A model generated the notes under the pieces. The model did no database searches and was not told the DNA's origin. It saw nothing but the letters and a program-made list of their open reading frames with translations. Shown one piece after another: positions 49,374 through 62,600 of a DNA stretch of 64,000 bases. Positions within the stretch are counted from its first letter, which is position 1; the number at the start of each line of letters is the position of its first letter. Origin of the DNA: Cenococcum geophilum. Lineage: Eukaryota. Made by a program: the position numbers and the translations under genes. The stretch spans positions 13,392,001 to 13,456,000 of the forward strand of contig CP158635.1 in the NCBI GenBank assembly GCA_050273025.1, given 5' to 3'.

Positions 49374-51223
49374 TTATTCTCCAACCTCACGGTCTTCATC
49401 CCAGTGTGCTAGGCTCTTCACAAAGCCCCAACGCCATGTTTTATGCCGGATTGTTTTCCCGAAGAAATACATGGGGATCGCGCACAGTATCACTCCTCCA
49501 GAAATTCCAGCCATCGCTCCGAATGCCCGGGAATAGCCTGACTCAGCAATCCAAGGGTTGGTGTAAAATGATAGGAGGAAGCCAAAAGCAGCTAAAGAGA
49601 AGATTAGGTATCTACGCCTGTAATATATAGGCACGACTTACACTTAAATGCTAGTTGAGTTACGGTAATCTCACCCGCTACAGGTCGGTACGAGTCGATA
49701 GTATAGACCAAGGTTACATTTGTAGCTTGAACAATGCTAAATGTCACTGTAGCATATGATTAGCGCAAATTCCACCAAGGAGAAAAAGCGTACTTACAAA
49801 GACCTAAGCCAATCGTTGGAACTATCCAAGGCAGACCTTTACCAATTCCAACCCCATACAAGACCAAAGCCAAAGGCGCGGTGATGACACTAATGGCAAT
49901 AGCAGGAAGCCGCATCTCTGGCTCCCTGATTCCACCGTTTCTTCGGGTGAAGAAATCGGCCACAGAATCGGAGAATGCGCCGCCTAGGTAGATGGCAATG
50001 AGGGAACCGATTATGGAAGCAATAAAACATAATCCTGATTGCCATGCCTTGAAACCGTAAGTTGACTGGAAGGCAGTGGCAAAGTTTGACGATATTGCCA
50101 CAAGGAACCCTATAGTGACAGACATGACGAGCGTTGCCCAAAGCACGGGAGGGAGGCACAAAAGGATAACTGGACGGATGAATAACTTCCACAGAGATTC
50201 TTGGGTGCATTTCGTGGTGAACACACGCAGGCTTTGAACGTAGGAACGTTTCACAGACTGTGGACCTTCGAGACTTTCTACTAGTTTTACGTCGTTCCTT
50301 TGTTTCAAGTCTTCTGGTACTTTCTCATTGACGTGAGGCTCGAATGCTGCTGCAGGTCCCGAAATAGAGTCTATTCGACTATAATTAGTCTCCGGAAAGG
50401 TAAAGACGATGAGAATGGTGGTAGCTCCAATCAATGCAACTGCTACCCAGTAGATCATGCGCCAATCATGCTTGATCGTGATCAAGCCAGCAATGATGAT
50501 TCCGCCACTAACACCTGCTGTCAGTGCCGCAGTATAAAGCCTAGACAAAGTCAGCACAATGGTATAGTGCGCCGACAATATCGACTTCTTACGCCATGAC
50601 CAGACCCCGCTCGTGCAAAAAGAATAGGTCAGCGATGGTCAGAGGAGCAAGACACTCAGCAGCACCACTAGCAAATCCCATAATTATTCTTGCTGCTAAC
50701 TCGCTTCCGTAGGACGTGGCGCCGCCGGCCCAAGCAGCAACAGCAGTGTATAAAATGAAAGCAGAGACGTATGCCGGCCGACGACCATATTTGACGATTA
50801 CTGGCATCCAAACAAGATTTCCCATGCCCTGTAATAAGGCGGTAGTTGTAAAGAAGTAGGCGACATGGGCAATCTTTGAAGCGAAATCCAACCCAGGCGG
50901 GCCTTCAAATGTTATTGTTACGTCTACAATCGCGACAGTAGGTCCAGCGGCCAGGAAGTTGGAGAAAAAGATAGCGAAACAGACTAGAGTAGCAATATAG
51001 TACCTATACGGTGTGGCCCTGCACAATGTAAGAGCGTCTCCTACAAAAAATATGTTTAAAGGGTGATATCGCGTACTCACCAGTTGAGCGGGTCATTGGG
51101 ATCATCTGAAGGAGTAGGAACCAAAATGATCTCGTTTGTCTGATGATGCCGTAGTCGAAGGCTACCCAAAGTACCCAGCTTCCCAGCATCAGACGCGTCC
51201 CGTTCTGTTGTCTTCTTCACCAT
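49374..51223 (-). CDS. MFS transporter, HOL1-like (DHA1 family); about 5 exons, intact
   Basis: MVKK...ILVPTPSDDPNDPLNW, KYGRRPAY, ARIIMGFASG, TIADLFFLHERG, WRMIYW, FPETNY and REPEMRL, with multiple TM segments and GT-AG introns. No RIP-type stops seen. Confidence 0.92.
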
Positions 51224-51821
51224 TTTGCTGATTGAAAGCCCTATATCAACAGCTGACGCATCTGCGGGGGGTTAAGGACGGACTGGAGGAATAGGCGACG
51301 GGATGCAATGACATTTAAAGATCACCGCGTCGACTGGCTAACAACAGGCAGGGATGGTCAATATAGTGTCGTTGGACAATTTAATAGATGCATCGCAACC
51401 AGCAAAATACGAACGGTATACGGACAGGGATGGAGTGGGCACCCGAGCGGCTGATTCATGAAAGTACCGGAAGAGCGCTAGTGCAGCGGCGTTAGAGACC
51501 GAAAGCGGTTCGCAGTGCGGGACCCCATGGGTATTGACTCATTCTCGGGAGCATCTTCAAGCCATCTTGGGTTGCTGGCGGAGATTATGGTCTCTGCGTG
51601 TACCCGTTGTCGAAATATTCCTCGTCAAGAGTGGTCAAATAGGGTGGACATGACACATGGGGCTGCGTGGCGGCAGCATGGCTTTTTGCGTCTACCCGGT
51701 CTGTCCGGTGCAGCTATCTCCAATAATGCGTCCACCACGCGTCGACAGTGTGCAAAAACCACCTAAATTCAATGCTGTGCGGGCGGGGCTCGCTTAATTG
51801 AATTTTCGCAATTAGTCGTTT

Positions 51822-52945
51822 ACGTTATCTCATAAATCCGACGCTTCGCAGAAGATTCAGGTGACTTAGGGCAACGCACGGGCTGCATACTAACTCCTGC
51901 GAACTCCTAGACCAATCAGAACCGTGAACTAGTTTCAGCCCCCTGCGTACCCCCTGTCACCAGCAAATCTTCTGCGAAGTGTCTAAGAGCTTATAGGCGT
52001 CGTTTTGGTATAAACTGAATGTTTTAAAAATCGAATTTTGTATATTTCTACGAGCGACATCCTAACCGCGAGATTTATTATATATTTTATTGATGCAATA
52101 GATTCTTTAGGTAATTGTATCTCCATTTATATAAATTATACCCCCCTACTAGGAATACTAAGGGGCGAGATATATCGTCGTAGAACGTAAGTTAGATTTC
52201 TAAAATGAATGTTTAACTAAAACCAACCGACTACCTATATCCAACTTCTTATAAAATAGAGCTACAATATTTCTATAATATGGAGAGAAGACAAAGGGCT
52301 TTCAGCTCGTACTATTTTAGAGATAATTAGATATAGGGAAGTATATAAGGTATGGCAGTGAGGCAGTAGGGCGAGATTGCGATTAAAACTAACTAACTAC
52401 CTATATCTAACTTCTCGTAGAATAGAGCTACGATATCGCCATAATATAGAGGCGATAGAGAAGAAAAAGGGCTTTTAGCTTGTAGTATTTTTAGAGATAA
52501 TTAGACGTAGAGAAGTATATAAGGTATAGTAGTAAAGCAAGATTGCGACCGATGAGACGAAAATGCAACTGACGAAAATACAACCGACGAAAATACGACC
52601 AACGAAAATGTGACCAACGACCGACTGCCTATATCTAATATTTTATATAATAGATAGAGAAACTAAAGAGCTCCTGCCTTATAGTATTTTTATAATAATT
52701 AGATGTTATAAAAGGGTTAAGATACAGCGTTGTAAACGAAGAGTTGTCGCCTAGTAAGAAACTTTAAGTTTGTATACAAAGGGCGCCCATAAGCTCTCAG
52801 ACTCTTACTCTTGGGGAGAATTCCTCTCGGTGTGATCTGATTGGTCCAGAGTCCACAGGACTAGGGTAAAGTCCACAAGCGTAGCGCTAGTCCTTCCACG
52901 TCGTAGCGCAGTTTCTCCCCGGGAGTCTGATTTGTGAGATAACGT
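51822..52945 (+). mobile_element. Non-autonomous 1.1-kb repeat with compound inverted ends (copy X)
   Basis: Outer IR ACGTTATCTCATAAATC (51822-51838) / GATTTGTGAGATAACGT (52929-52945). Hairpins at 51840-51983 and 52800-52927. Inner IR GAGCTTATAGGCG / CGCCCATAAGCTC. The interior has three units of about 130-170 bp and 15-bp ACCGACGAAAAT-like repeats (52548-52622). Confidence 0.75.
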
Positions 52946-53435
52946 TTACGAAACAAACTGGAATCCTTGGCATGCAGATCCCCAAATTTTGCACCCAACC
53001 TTACGTGTAAAACCGTGAGATAGCCCATTCCCACGTTAAACGCGCCTTATTATCCCCACCGCCAGTCAGTAAGTTAAAGCCGACGTCGCCCTGCTATTTG
53101 ACCTATCTTGACGCGTTTCCTAGTGTTGTAGTGCCTCGTATTAACCCTGCTCGTTGCGCGGATATCCCTTGGTATTGACTGCCCGGCTGATCCTCGGTCA
53201 GCCGAAAAATCACGTGTTCAGCCAGCCACCTGGGTCAGATTCGAGGATCTCCACAGCGCCACTAGCGCCAAGCTGAGGAGATTCGCGTATCTAGGGCCAC
53301 CCGCTGATTGAGCCGCTGATTGACCCCGACCGTAGGGTAATTAGGGGCATTAGGGCCCCAAGTGTATATAAAAAAGTCCTCCCTACCTAATCCTTGATCG
53401 CGGCAGCACGTCTGCTATTATACCTACTATATAGG

Positions 53436-53682
53436 ATGGCGCTGACTAACCGCGTAGAGATTAATATCGCTAATAATGCCGAATTACGCGCTAACGCGCA
53501 GCATGTCCTCGCCCTTACGTGCCGCAAGGCCTAAGAATATGTTTTTAACGTACGATCTAAAGCAGAAGGAGTTTAAGGTAATACCCCCCCTCTCCTAAAA
53601 GTATCGCGGCCCGTAACTAACGCGTTGTCTGGCCCTAGGCCTTCTATAAACGGAAGCAGTACTATAACAGCAATACTATTAT
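53436..53682 (+). pseudogene. 5' part of a CryptonF-like (Ndc10/GCR1-related tyrosine recombinase) gene, interrupted by Gypsy B
   Basis: MALTNRVEI...NAQHVL (frameshift) LRAARPKNMFLTYDLKQKEFK | intron GTAATA..CTAAC..TAG | AFYKRKQYYNSNTI. From memory this resembles the RPxNTxxxYxxKQxEFxxFCxxKxYxDGDTVT N-terminus of fungal Cryptons. The catalytic domain is not in the window. Confidence 0.6.
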
Positions 53683-56600
53683 TGTTACGGACGCTTTAAG
53701 TACGATGTTACGACTACTTAGAGAGGAGTCGGAGGAAGCTAGTTGGTTGATATAAGCACGGTCTAGGATAGAACCCGTGGAACCATGTGACGAGGAATGG
53801 TAAGTAGAGTCACGTGATGTAATCTGTATGATCTGTGTGATCTGCGAGATCTATAATAAAGCGAACAGAGTAGATAGAGTAGATAGAGTAATGACTTTCT
53901 TAGGAGTACAGTTATATATTTAAGGACCCACAGTCCCACCTAGATAGTTCCTTTCTTGTAGTAATTCTTAAAATATAATTGGAGTTAATCTATTAGGCAA
54001 CCACTCTACTAGTTATTATTACGTTATTAACTACTATCTTTATATTTCCTATATACCTAGCCTATTAATAGAACCTATTGTAGTTCCTGCTATAAGGTTC
54101 CGTTATATAATTACTACCTAGTTACGGTATTAAATATAAAAAGTTAAATAATATGCCACTAAAAGCAGCCACTATAACGCCATTAATAGCGGCAACTACT
54201 TTAAGGTTAGGGGGTAATACTAATATAGTAGATACTAACTCGCAATAACCTATAACGGTAGGATAATTATAAGAAATAGTGGATTAATTAATAGAAAATA
54301 ATATAGTACTTAAGAATAGACTTAATAAAATTAGAGTAGTAAAGGTTAAGTTACTATTAATTAAACAATTCTTAGGAGAAAGATTAAAGCTTAAAGGATT
54401 TCTAACGTAAATGCATTTTAAAGTCATGCAAGAAGGGGCTAAGTTAGCCACGATAATGGACCAGATAGCCTATATAGGACTATTCCTAACGGGTTAGGCA
54501 CTTAAATAGTTTAAACCCTACTTAATAAAAATATAGACTAACGGAATAACTACTGCCAATTAAGAGGTACGATTTATGTTTTCTAGTTAGGTAGGATTTG
54601 CGGAATAATTAATATAGATATTTAGGGACCTAGAAGCAATAACTATAGTAAAGAGAAAGCTTTAGGACCTAATATAGTAAACTTTAGTAATTAAGTATTA
54701 TTAATTCTATTTATCGCCCGATTCGGTCCCTTTTTAGGTCCATATAGGCTTCTACCTTCTATATATAGGAAAAACCCCCTAGGGGGGAAAACCTAGGTAT
54801 ATCCTTTCAGCTAGTCTTACGCGCTCCGCCTTCGCCTCGCCTGTGTACCTTTATATAATGTCTACCTTATGTACTATGCTTCTAAGGTGTCTTAAAAGAT
54901 CTAGGGGGTAGTAGGAGGGTTTAGTGATTCGCCAGCGTGCCGCCTTTAACTAGGTAGGGGGTGTCCAGTCTCTAAGGGACTAAAAGGGGGCGTATCCTTT
55001 AGTGTCCTCCTGCTAAATCTCATTTACTATCTAGAACTACTAAAGGACTCCTTAGCTTATAAGCCATTGTGCTACTATATATAGACCCCTACTTATAGAG
55101 AGCATTTAGGTAATATCATTTATGCCTACTCTAGCGAACAACTAGTCTCTTATAGTGCGTTGGTTGCAGAAAAGTAGTATATAGCGTACTAACTATATAG
55201 GCTATCCGCACGTATAGTGTGGCGTAATATTTAGGACATAGATACTTACTAGCTATGTATTTAGCCCTAGGACCTCTATCCTTAATAGGAAGGCGGCCGT
55301 AAATTCTACCTTCGTCTATCCTTTATATAGGGGGAGAGTTAGTATTATCCATGGGGTGATCTATATAGCTACCCTCTGTGTTTTTACTACCTTCTTCTAT
55401 CGTTAGTTCCACTTAATATCTGCCTATCTTACGATGCATATAGTAAATCTCCACTTATACTAGTGGCCTCCTATCCTCTACTGCCGTAGTAGCGCTCCGC
55501 TGGCGTGGCGCTGGGTCTCCACTTAGTGTTATAGTAGCTCCCGTATTTTCTGTTCTTTCTCTACCGTATATAGGCGGAGGGCTTCCTAGCTTATAAGCTT
55601 GGGCGCATTGCCCCTCTAGGGGGCCCTTACTCCTCATATACGATTAAGTATTTAGTATATATCCTTCTCCACTGGGTGGTCTTATACTATAGCTGCTCTC
55701 TATATAGCAATTATGTCTATATATATATCTAGTGGAGGTACTACTACTTCGCGTTCTAGCGCGGCACATAGTGTCCTCTTATAGGCCCCTGTAATTCTAC
55801 ATAGGCATTAGTTTTATAGTTTAACTAGTGGCTCTAGGGAGCTTTTTGCTAGTGGCTTGCCTTTTAGGTCCACGCCCCAGATCTAGGCGCCGTATAGCAT
55901 TGTTGGCCTTACTACAGCTGTGTATAGTAGTCGTATGCGTCTAAATAAGGGTCCCCAGGTCAAGGCTGCGATACGCGATATCGCTGCGCCAGGATATATT
56001 TGCATTGCAGAGCTACAAGAGTTACATACAAAGCAGAGTTGCGGAGGCCCTCTTGCCAGGGCCCTCTACCATAGTTTTCCACTTCGGACGCCCACACGCC
56101 TATCTGCTTCCACAGCAGCCAGCCAACCAAAACCAGCCACTGCCTATATGCACCTGATTTGCTCTATAAGCCTATCCTTACAGCCTACCCCTGCCTAAAT
56201 AGACCAATACGCACGTCCGTCCTTTCGGGCTATACAAACAGTGGTATTAATAAGGTGTTAATCCTTCCTCTAAAATAGGTCCACTAGGAGTCAGAGCCCA
56301 GTAAAGGGGTAAGGTTCCTAGAGTCGTCCGTTGCTGCCATTATATACCACGCCCTACAGCTGTCGCTGCTTCGCGTTACCTATAACGCTCTCGCAACAAT
56401 AGGCCGACCGTATCTTACAGGCGTAGGCCCATAATAACTCAACGCCGCGCAGCTATCGTCCCTCAGCCACCTACTAACCAAACTTATTGTCCTCCCATCT
56501 TAACCAACACCTGCATCTAAGTCCGTTCTAGCCTATCCCGTAGGTCTATTCTAGGTCCATTCTAAGTCCGTTCCGTAGGATTAACGTCATAGGATTAACG

Positions 56601-59600
56601 TCGCCTCGTCGACAGGTAGATTAACGTCGCTAAATATGGTTGACGGTGTTAAGATTCTTCCTGTACCCTTGCTGCCGTAGCAGTCTTAGAGCGGAACAAG
56701 TACAGAGGTGCCCTATCGTCCCCTTAGACCTATTGCTTCTGCCAGCAAGTATAAGCGCTGGCTTATGGCCCTAGATCGGTCGTCTAGGTAGAGAGACGTC
56801 GGGTAGTTTTTAAAACGACTCCTCTGTTCTTCTATGGTGTTTTTTAAGTCTTAGCACGCCAAGACCCGCGAAAACTCTGCTGTTCTGATGGCGTCAAGGA
56901 CTAAGCATTCGAAAGCGCCCTCTAGCCACGACGTAACGCCGCTGCATCAGTAACAGACGAGATCCTCACTCTCAGCTTGACCGTACGGACAAGATGAGAC
57001 GGAAAAGAACCCCCATAGGACAGTATGGGTCGGATCTCGATTTTGGTGTTCTTTCTCTTAGTAATTAAGTATATAATATAGTTTTAAATACTTATAATAT
57101 AGGTTAAATGGAATAATAAGGCGCTTATGGCATAGTATAAATAAGGACTTAAGGCTAAAGTCTAAGACGTAATTATTTTAATAGAAGATGTGGATACTCT
57201 AAGGGAATTAATAGATTAAGCGATTAAAATCGATAATAGGATCTTCTAAAGGGAATAGGCTAAGAAGGGCTAGGATAGAATTCTATAGTTATATAAGATG
57301 TAGAGTATATAACGACCAAAGCTAAGTTAAAAACTATAGTATAGCGCAGAACTAATAGACCTAAGTAGTACTAAAGAAGCCTATAAGAGATAGAGTAAGA
57401 AACTATAGAAACCTAGAGGTTAAGGATCTAGTAATTATAGGACTAAGGAGTAAAGGCTAAACTAGGGATCTTAATAGTAGAAGACGTTTAGGCGGACTCT
57501 ATAATAAAGTTAATAATTTAGAGATAGAGCTTATATAAATTGTAGAAAATAGGGTTACTTTGCAAGGGATTATAAAGATGGTTAGAGTTATTATATAATA
57601 AAGGGAACTAGACTAATAGTATGTAATATACACGTATAGAGGGATAATAGTATACTACAAGGAACAAAAAAATGTTTAATTAGAAGTTTTATGTTTTGTT
57701 ATAATAACGTATACCAAATTTATAAAGATGCTAAGTATGGTGTAAGCTATTGGCTATAAGAGCTAGAGTTAAGAGAACTTAAAGGAACTATAGAGTTAGA
57801 CGAAGAATAAGATTAACTCTATAAGCTAGATTAAGATATTATAGCAATATACGGATAAAAATTAGTAATAATAATAATAGAGTTAAAGTACTTATTAATT
57901 AACAGTGATAAGGATAGTAAAGGAACTAACTAGGGGTATCTAAACCTTAATAAAGCAATAGAAGTAGAGACTGAGACCGCTATAGAGCAAGGTTTAGTAA
58001 CGGGCATTATAACACTATTAGATACAGCATCCATCGCTTTATAAGACGGAAGGAGTAATATTTAGAGATAATTAAGCAAGTAGACGACTGCTAGTGCTAG
58101 CTTACTACTTAATAAAGGTAAAAGGCTAAAGGCTTAAGATTCTTATAAAGAGATAAGAGACAACTAAGATTCTTAAGATGAAATAAGGTAAGCTTAAAGA
58201 CCTATAATGGACAATAACCGATGGAGTAGAGCAGTAGCTTAGTTTAAGGACATATAAATAAGCTCGGGATAAGCGTTCCTAATGGTATAAGATTCTTAAG
58301 ATAAGATAAGTAAGATCTAGGACTCTTAAGATAAGATAAGGACACTAGTAAAGACTAGTTGGACTAAGGCTAGAGCTAAGCTTAAGTTAGAAGCAAGCTT
58401 AGGATTAAAGAATCTAAGGGATTAAGAATTCGGAGTACGAATTAGAACACCTATAAGTAAGAGGTAAGAAGCTTCTTTATAAATTAGAGAATCTATAATA
58501 TAAATAGCAGTTAAACTGGAAGACAGATATATAAACCCAGACGACTTACTAGGGGAACCTAGTGTTTAGCCTAAAGATTAAAAAGTTAATACTAAGATTA
58601 AGAAGCACGGAGACTTTAAGGATTTACTTATAAGACGCGACTTAAAGGAAACCATAGAGGAATTTAGAGTAAGAATTACCTTATAGTAAGAACAGAAACT
58701 AGACAAGAGATCTAGCACATTAGGATGTATAAGGGATAGAGCGCTAGTATAAAGGATTACTAATAGGCCTAGAGTAGGCATACTAAGAGCTAAGTGGCTT
58801 ACTAAATTGGAACAAGAAGAGGATTTAGGGATTCCTATTAGGTTCGAAGAACGATATACTAAAGGCTATTATAACGCAGTAATAAAGAGATATTTCCTTA
58901 CGGACGAGCCGTATACACTTAAGCAGCTATACTAAAAGTGGTATAGACAACAACATAATAATAAGTGGGAGGATTTCTATATATAGTTAGACGAAAAAGT
59001 TATCTAAGACCACCTAATTATAGAGAAGGCTATAACTTACATTAAGGGGGCCTTAATTATAACATTAAAGGATCTAGAGAAGCAATTAGAGGACTAGAGA
59101 AGCAAGAGGCGAATCTTAGTACCTGCGAACGAAGTTATAACGCTTAGATTAATATAAAAGAGGTTTAAACTTAAGGATGAGGATAAGCTAAGAGTTAACC
59201 TAAGACATTAAGCATATCACACATTGTTATAGATAGCATACGTAGATAATATATGCAATATATATAGAAAACTAAAAGATAAAAATCGGAAGTATCTAAT
59301 AAGGATATATTAGATAACGGATAAGGCGAAATATTAAAACGCTAAGTATATATATAGTTAGCACCCAGTAGAAGTTTAAGAATAAGGGGACTTAATACTT
59401 TAACTAGGAAGATTCCTTACGGAAGAATGCCTAGACGGACGACAATAGTAGGAATGTCTAGAGAATACCTATCTATAGTATATTAAAGACAAAAAACGAA
59501 CTAAGTATTGGCCTAAGTTAGACTAAGTATAAATAGGATCTAGTAGCTAGTAGTTAGGAAAAGTAGAGGCCTATGGGACTAGAGGGAGCTAGTAGTAGAG

Positions 59601-62600
59601 CCTTAGACCCTTAAAGGAATTTAAGGACGATACTTAAATTTATAAGTTAAATAGCAAGATTAGCAGTTTAAGGTATTAATAGATAGTAGAGCAATAAGGA
59701 ACTATATCTCGCTAGCAGCAGTTAAAAGAATAGGGTTACTATATAGGTAGAAGGAACGTTCTTACCTATTAGTAATAATTTTAGGAGATCCGATAGCCTA
59801 TGGAGGAGGCATCATTAATTTTAAAATAGGACCTATTTAGTTAACCATTAAAGGAAGACAAGTTAAGATGTCTTTTGATATATTACTATTAGGGAATAAT
59901 AAGGTAGTATTGGGAATGCCTTAGTTATAGGAATATAATCTAAAGATTAATTAGGTTATAGGTTAGGTTAATATTAGAGAAATATAACGCTAAAAGATAT
60001 AATAATAAACTAAGTTGGTATGGTACCAAGTAGAAACAACCTATAAAGAAATAGAAAAAGGGCTAAGCTATATACTAAAAAGATACTATAAGTATAGTAA
60101 GAAACTATAGTTACCTAAGAGTAAAAGGCTGTTAAAGTATATAGTATAGGACTATAAAATAGAATTAGAACCAGAAATAAGTTTAAGGTTCTTTCCAATC
60201 TATAAGCTTACTAAAGAAGAAGGTAGAGCACTAAAAGAGTTTATCTAAGAAAACTTATGAAGGGGATATATTAGACCATCGCAGTTATTAGCGGGTTATC
60301 TAGTACTATTTGTACTAAAAAAGAATAGCAAACTAAGGCTATATATCGACTATAGATAGTTAAACAGCATTACTAGAAAGGATAGGTATCCTTTACCCTT
60401 AATTAGCAAAATCTAAGATAGGATAGGTAATACGCAAATCTTTATAAAGATAGATCTGAGATAGGCGTACTATTAGATTAGGATTAAGAAAGGCGATAAA
60501 TAGAAGGTAGCCTTTAAGTTAAAAGAAGGACTATATAAACCATTAGTTATATAATTCGGGCTTATAAATGTACTAGCAACGTTTTAGAAGCGTATTAATA
60601 ATATATTAGGAGAACATTTAGATAAATTTATTATAGTATACCTTAATAATATTATTATCTACTTAATAAACGAAGAAGAATATGGAGAACACGTTAAATG
60701 GGTCTTAAGGAGACTATAGAAAGAATAAATGCTAGTAGTAATTAAGAAATGCAAGTTCTTTACTAAGAAGACTAATTTTATTAGATTTATTATTAAACTA
60801 GGCCAACTTAGTATAAATCTAAAAAAGATTAAGGCTATAGTAAATTGGTAAGAACCGGAGAACGTTATATAATTAAGATTGTTTCTAGGGTTTTACAATT
60901 ACTATAGGAGGTTTATAGCGTAATAGTTAAAAGATATTAAACCATTTACGCGATTAACGAAGAAAGAAGAACTATAGGTATAGGGAGAGGAACAGTAAGA
61001 ACTCTTTAAAAAAGTTAAAGAGTTATTTACCCAGAAGCCAGTTCTTAAGATCTATTAACTAGGACTAGAGACGGTTATAGAAATAGATATATTAGACTTT
61101 ATACTAGGAGCATATTTTATATAAAAGCATTTAGACGGATAGTATTTAGTAGTATATTATAGTTGGAAGATAACACTACTAGAGTTAAACTATAACATCT
61201 ATAATAAGAAGTTATTAGGTATAGTTATAGCACTAAAGGAATAGAGAGTATTTTTATAAGGTATAAAAAAACTATTTATAGTTAAAACGGATTATAAGAA
61301 CCTAATAGGATTTCTAATAATAAAGGAACTTAACTAAAGACAGGTTAAATAGGCGGAGATGCTTATAGAATACTATTTTAAGATTTAGTATACTAAGGGC
61401 ACAGATAATACGCGAGCCAATGTATTAAGTTAAAAGGCTAAATTATAAAATAACGATAAGCTATTAGGGGCTTTACTGCGAAAAGATATAGATAAACTAA
61501 TTAGGTATAATTACCCAAAAATCGCAATAACTTAAGAAAATAAGCTAGAGAAGGTCTACGAGACGCTAGAAAGCTTTTAGGTATAAAGAATTCTAGAGGC
61601 ATAGCTAGAAGACCTATAGTTAGATATATATAAAAACTAAGAAGTAAAGTATATCCTAAGAAGCATAGCAGAGCAGTTCGTGGAGGACTTCTATAAAGGA
61701 CTAACTTAAGGATATAATAGAGCTACGGGCCTAGTGTTAAGACTCTAGGAGAAGTATATTATTAACAGAATCTAAAGAATAGCTAGAAGGGTTACTAAGG
61801 AGTATCTAAATTACTAAAGGAATAAACTAACGAGGTATAAGCCGTATGGAGGGCTACAACCTGTTAAAACACTAGAGAGACTATAGGAGGTTATATTATA
61901 GGACTTTATTATTAAGTTACTAAAGTTAAGAGATCCTATTACCGGACAAGATTATAACGCGATCTTAGTAATAGTAGATAAGCTTATAAAGTGGGGATAC
62001 TTTATAGCCTATACGGAAGAAATCTTAGCAGAAGATATCGCTAGAATCTATATTAAAGAAGTATTTGCAAGATATAGAGCACTAAGTAAAATTATATTAG
62101 ATAAAGATCTAAGATTTATAGCAGCATTCTAGGAGGTATTCTTAGCGGAACAAGAAATTTAAGCAGTAACTTTTACCGTATATTATCCGCAGACAGACGG
62201 CTAAACGGAAAGATTAAACTAGACACTAAAACAGTATCTAAGATATTATATTAATCACGCACAGAATAATTAGGTATCGCTATTATTAGTTATACAGTTT
62301 ATATACAATGCAACACTACAAGAAGAAATAGGTATGTTACTATTTAAGGCGAATTACGGATATAAGCTAAGAACATTATTATTGCCACGTTAAGTAAAGA
62401 AAACAAGTAATAGAGCTAAGTAAAGGATGGAGACTTTAATAAATCTTTATGCAAACCTTATAGAAATAGCTAAGGTAGTACAGTAAAGAATAAAAAAGTA
62501 CTACGATGCTAAGAGATCTAAGGGACCAGATCTTAAGGAGGGAGATAAAGTATAGCTACTATACAAAAATTTCAAAAGTCGACGACTAAGTAAAAAGTTA

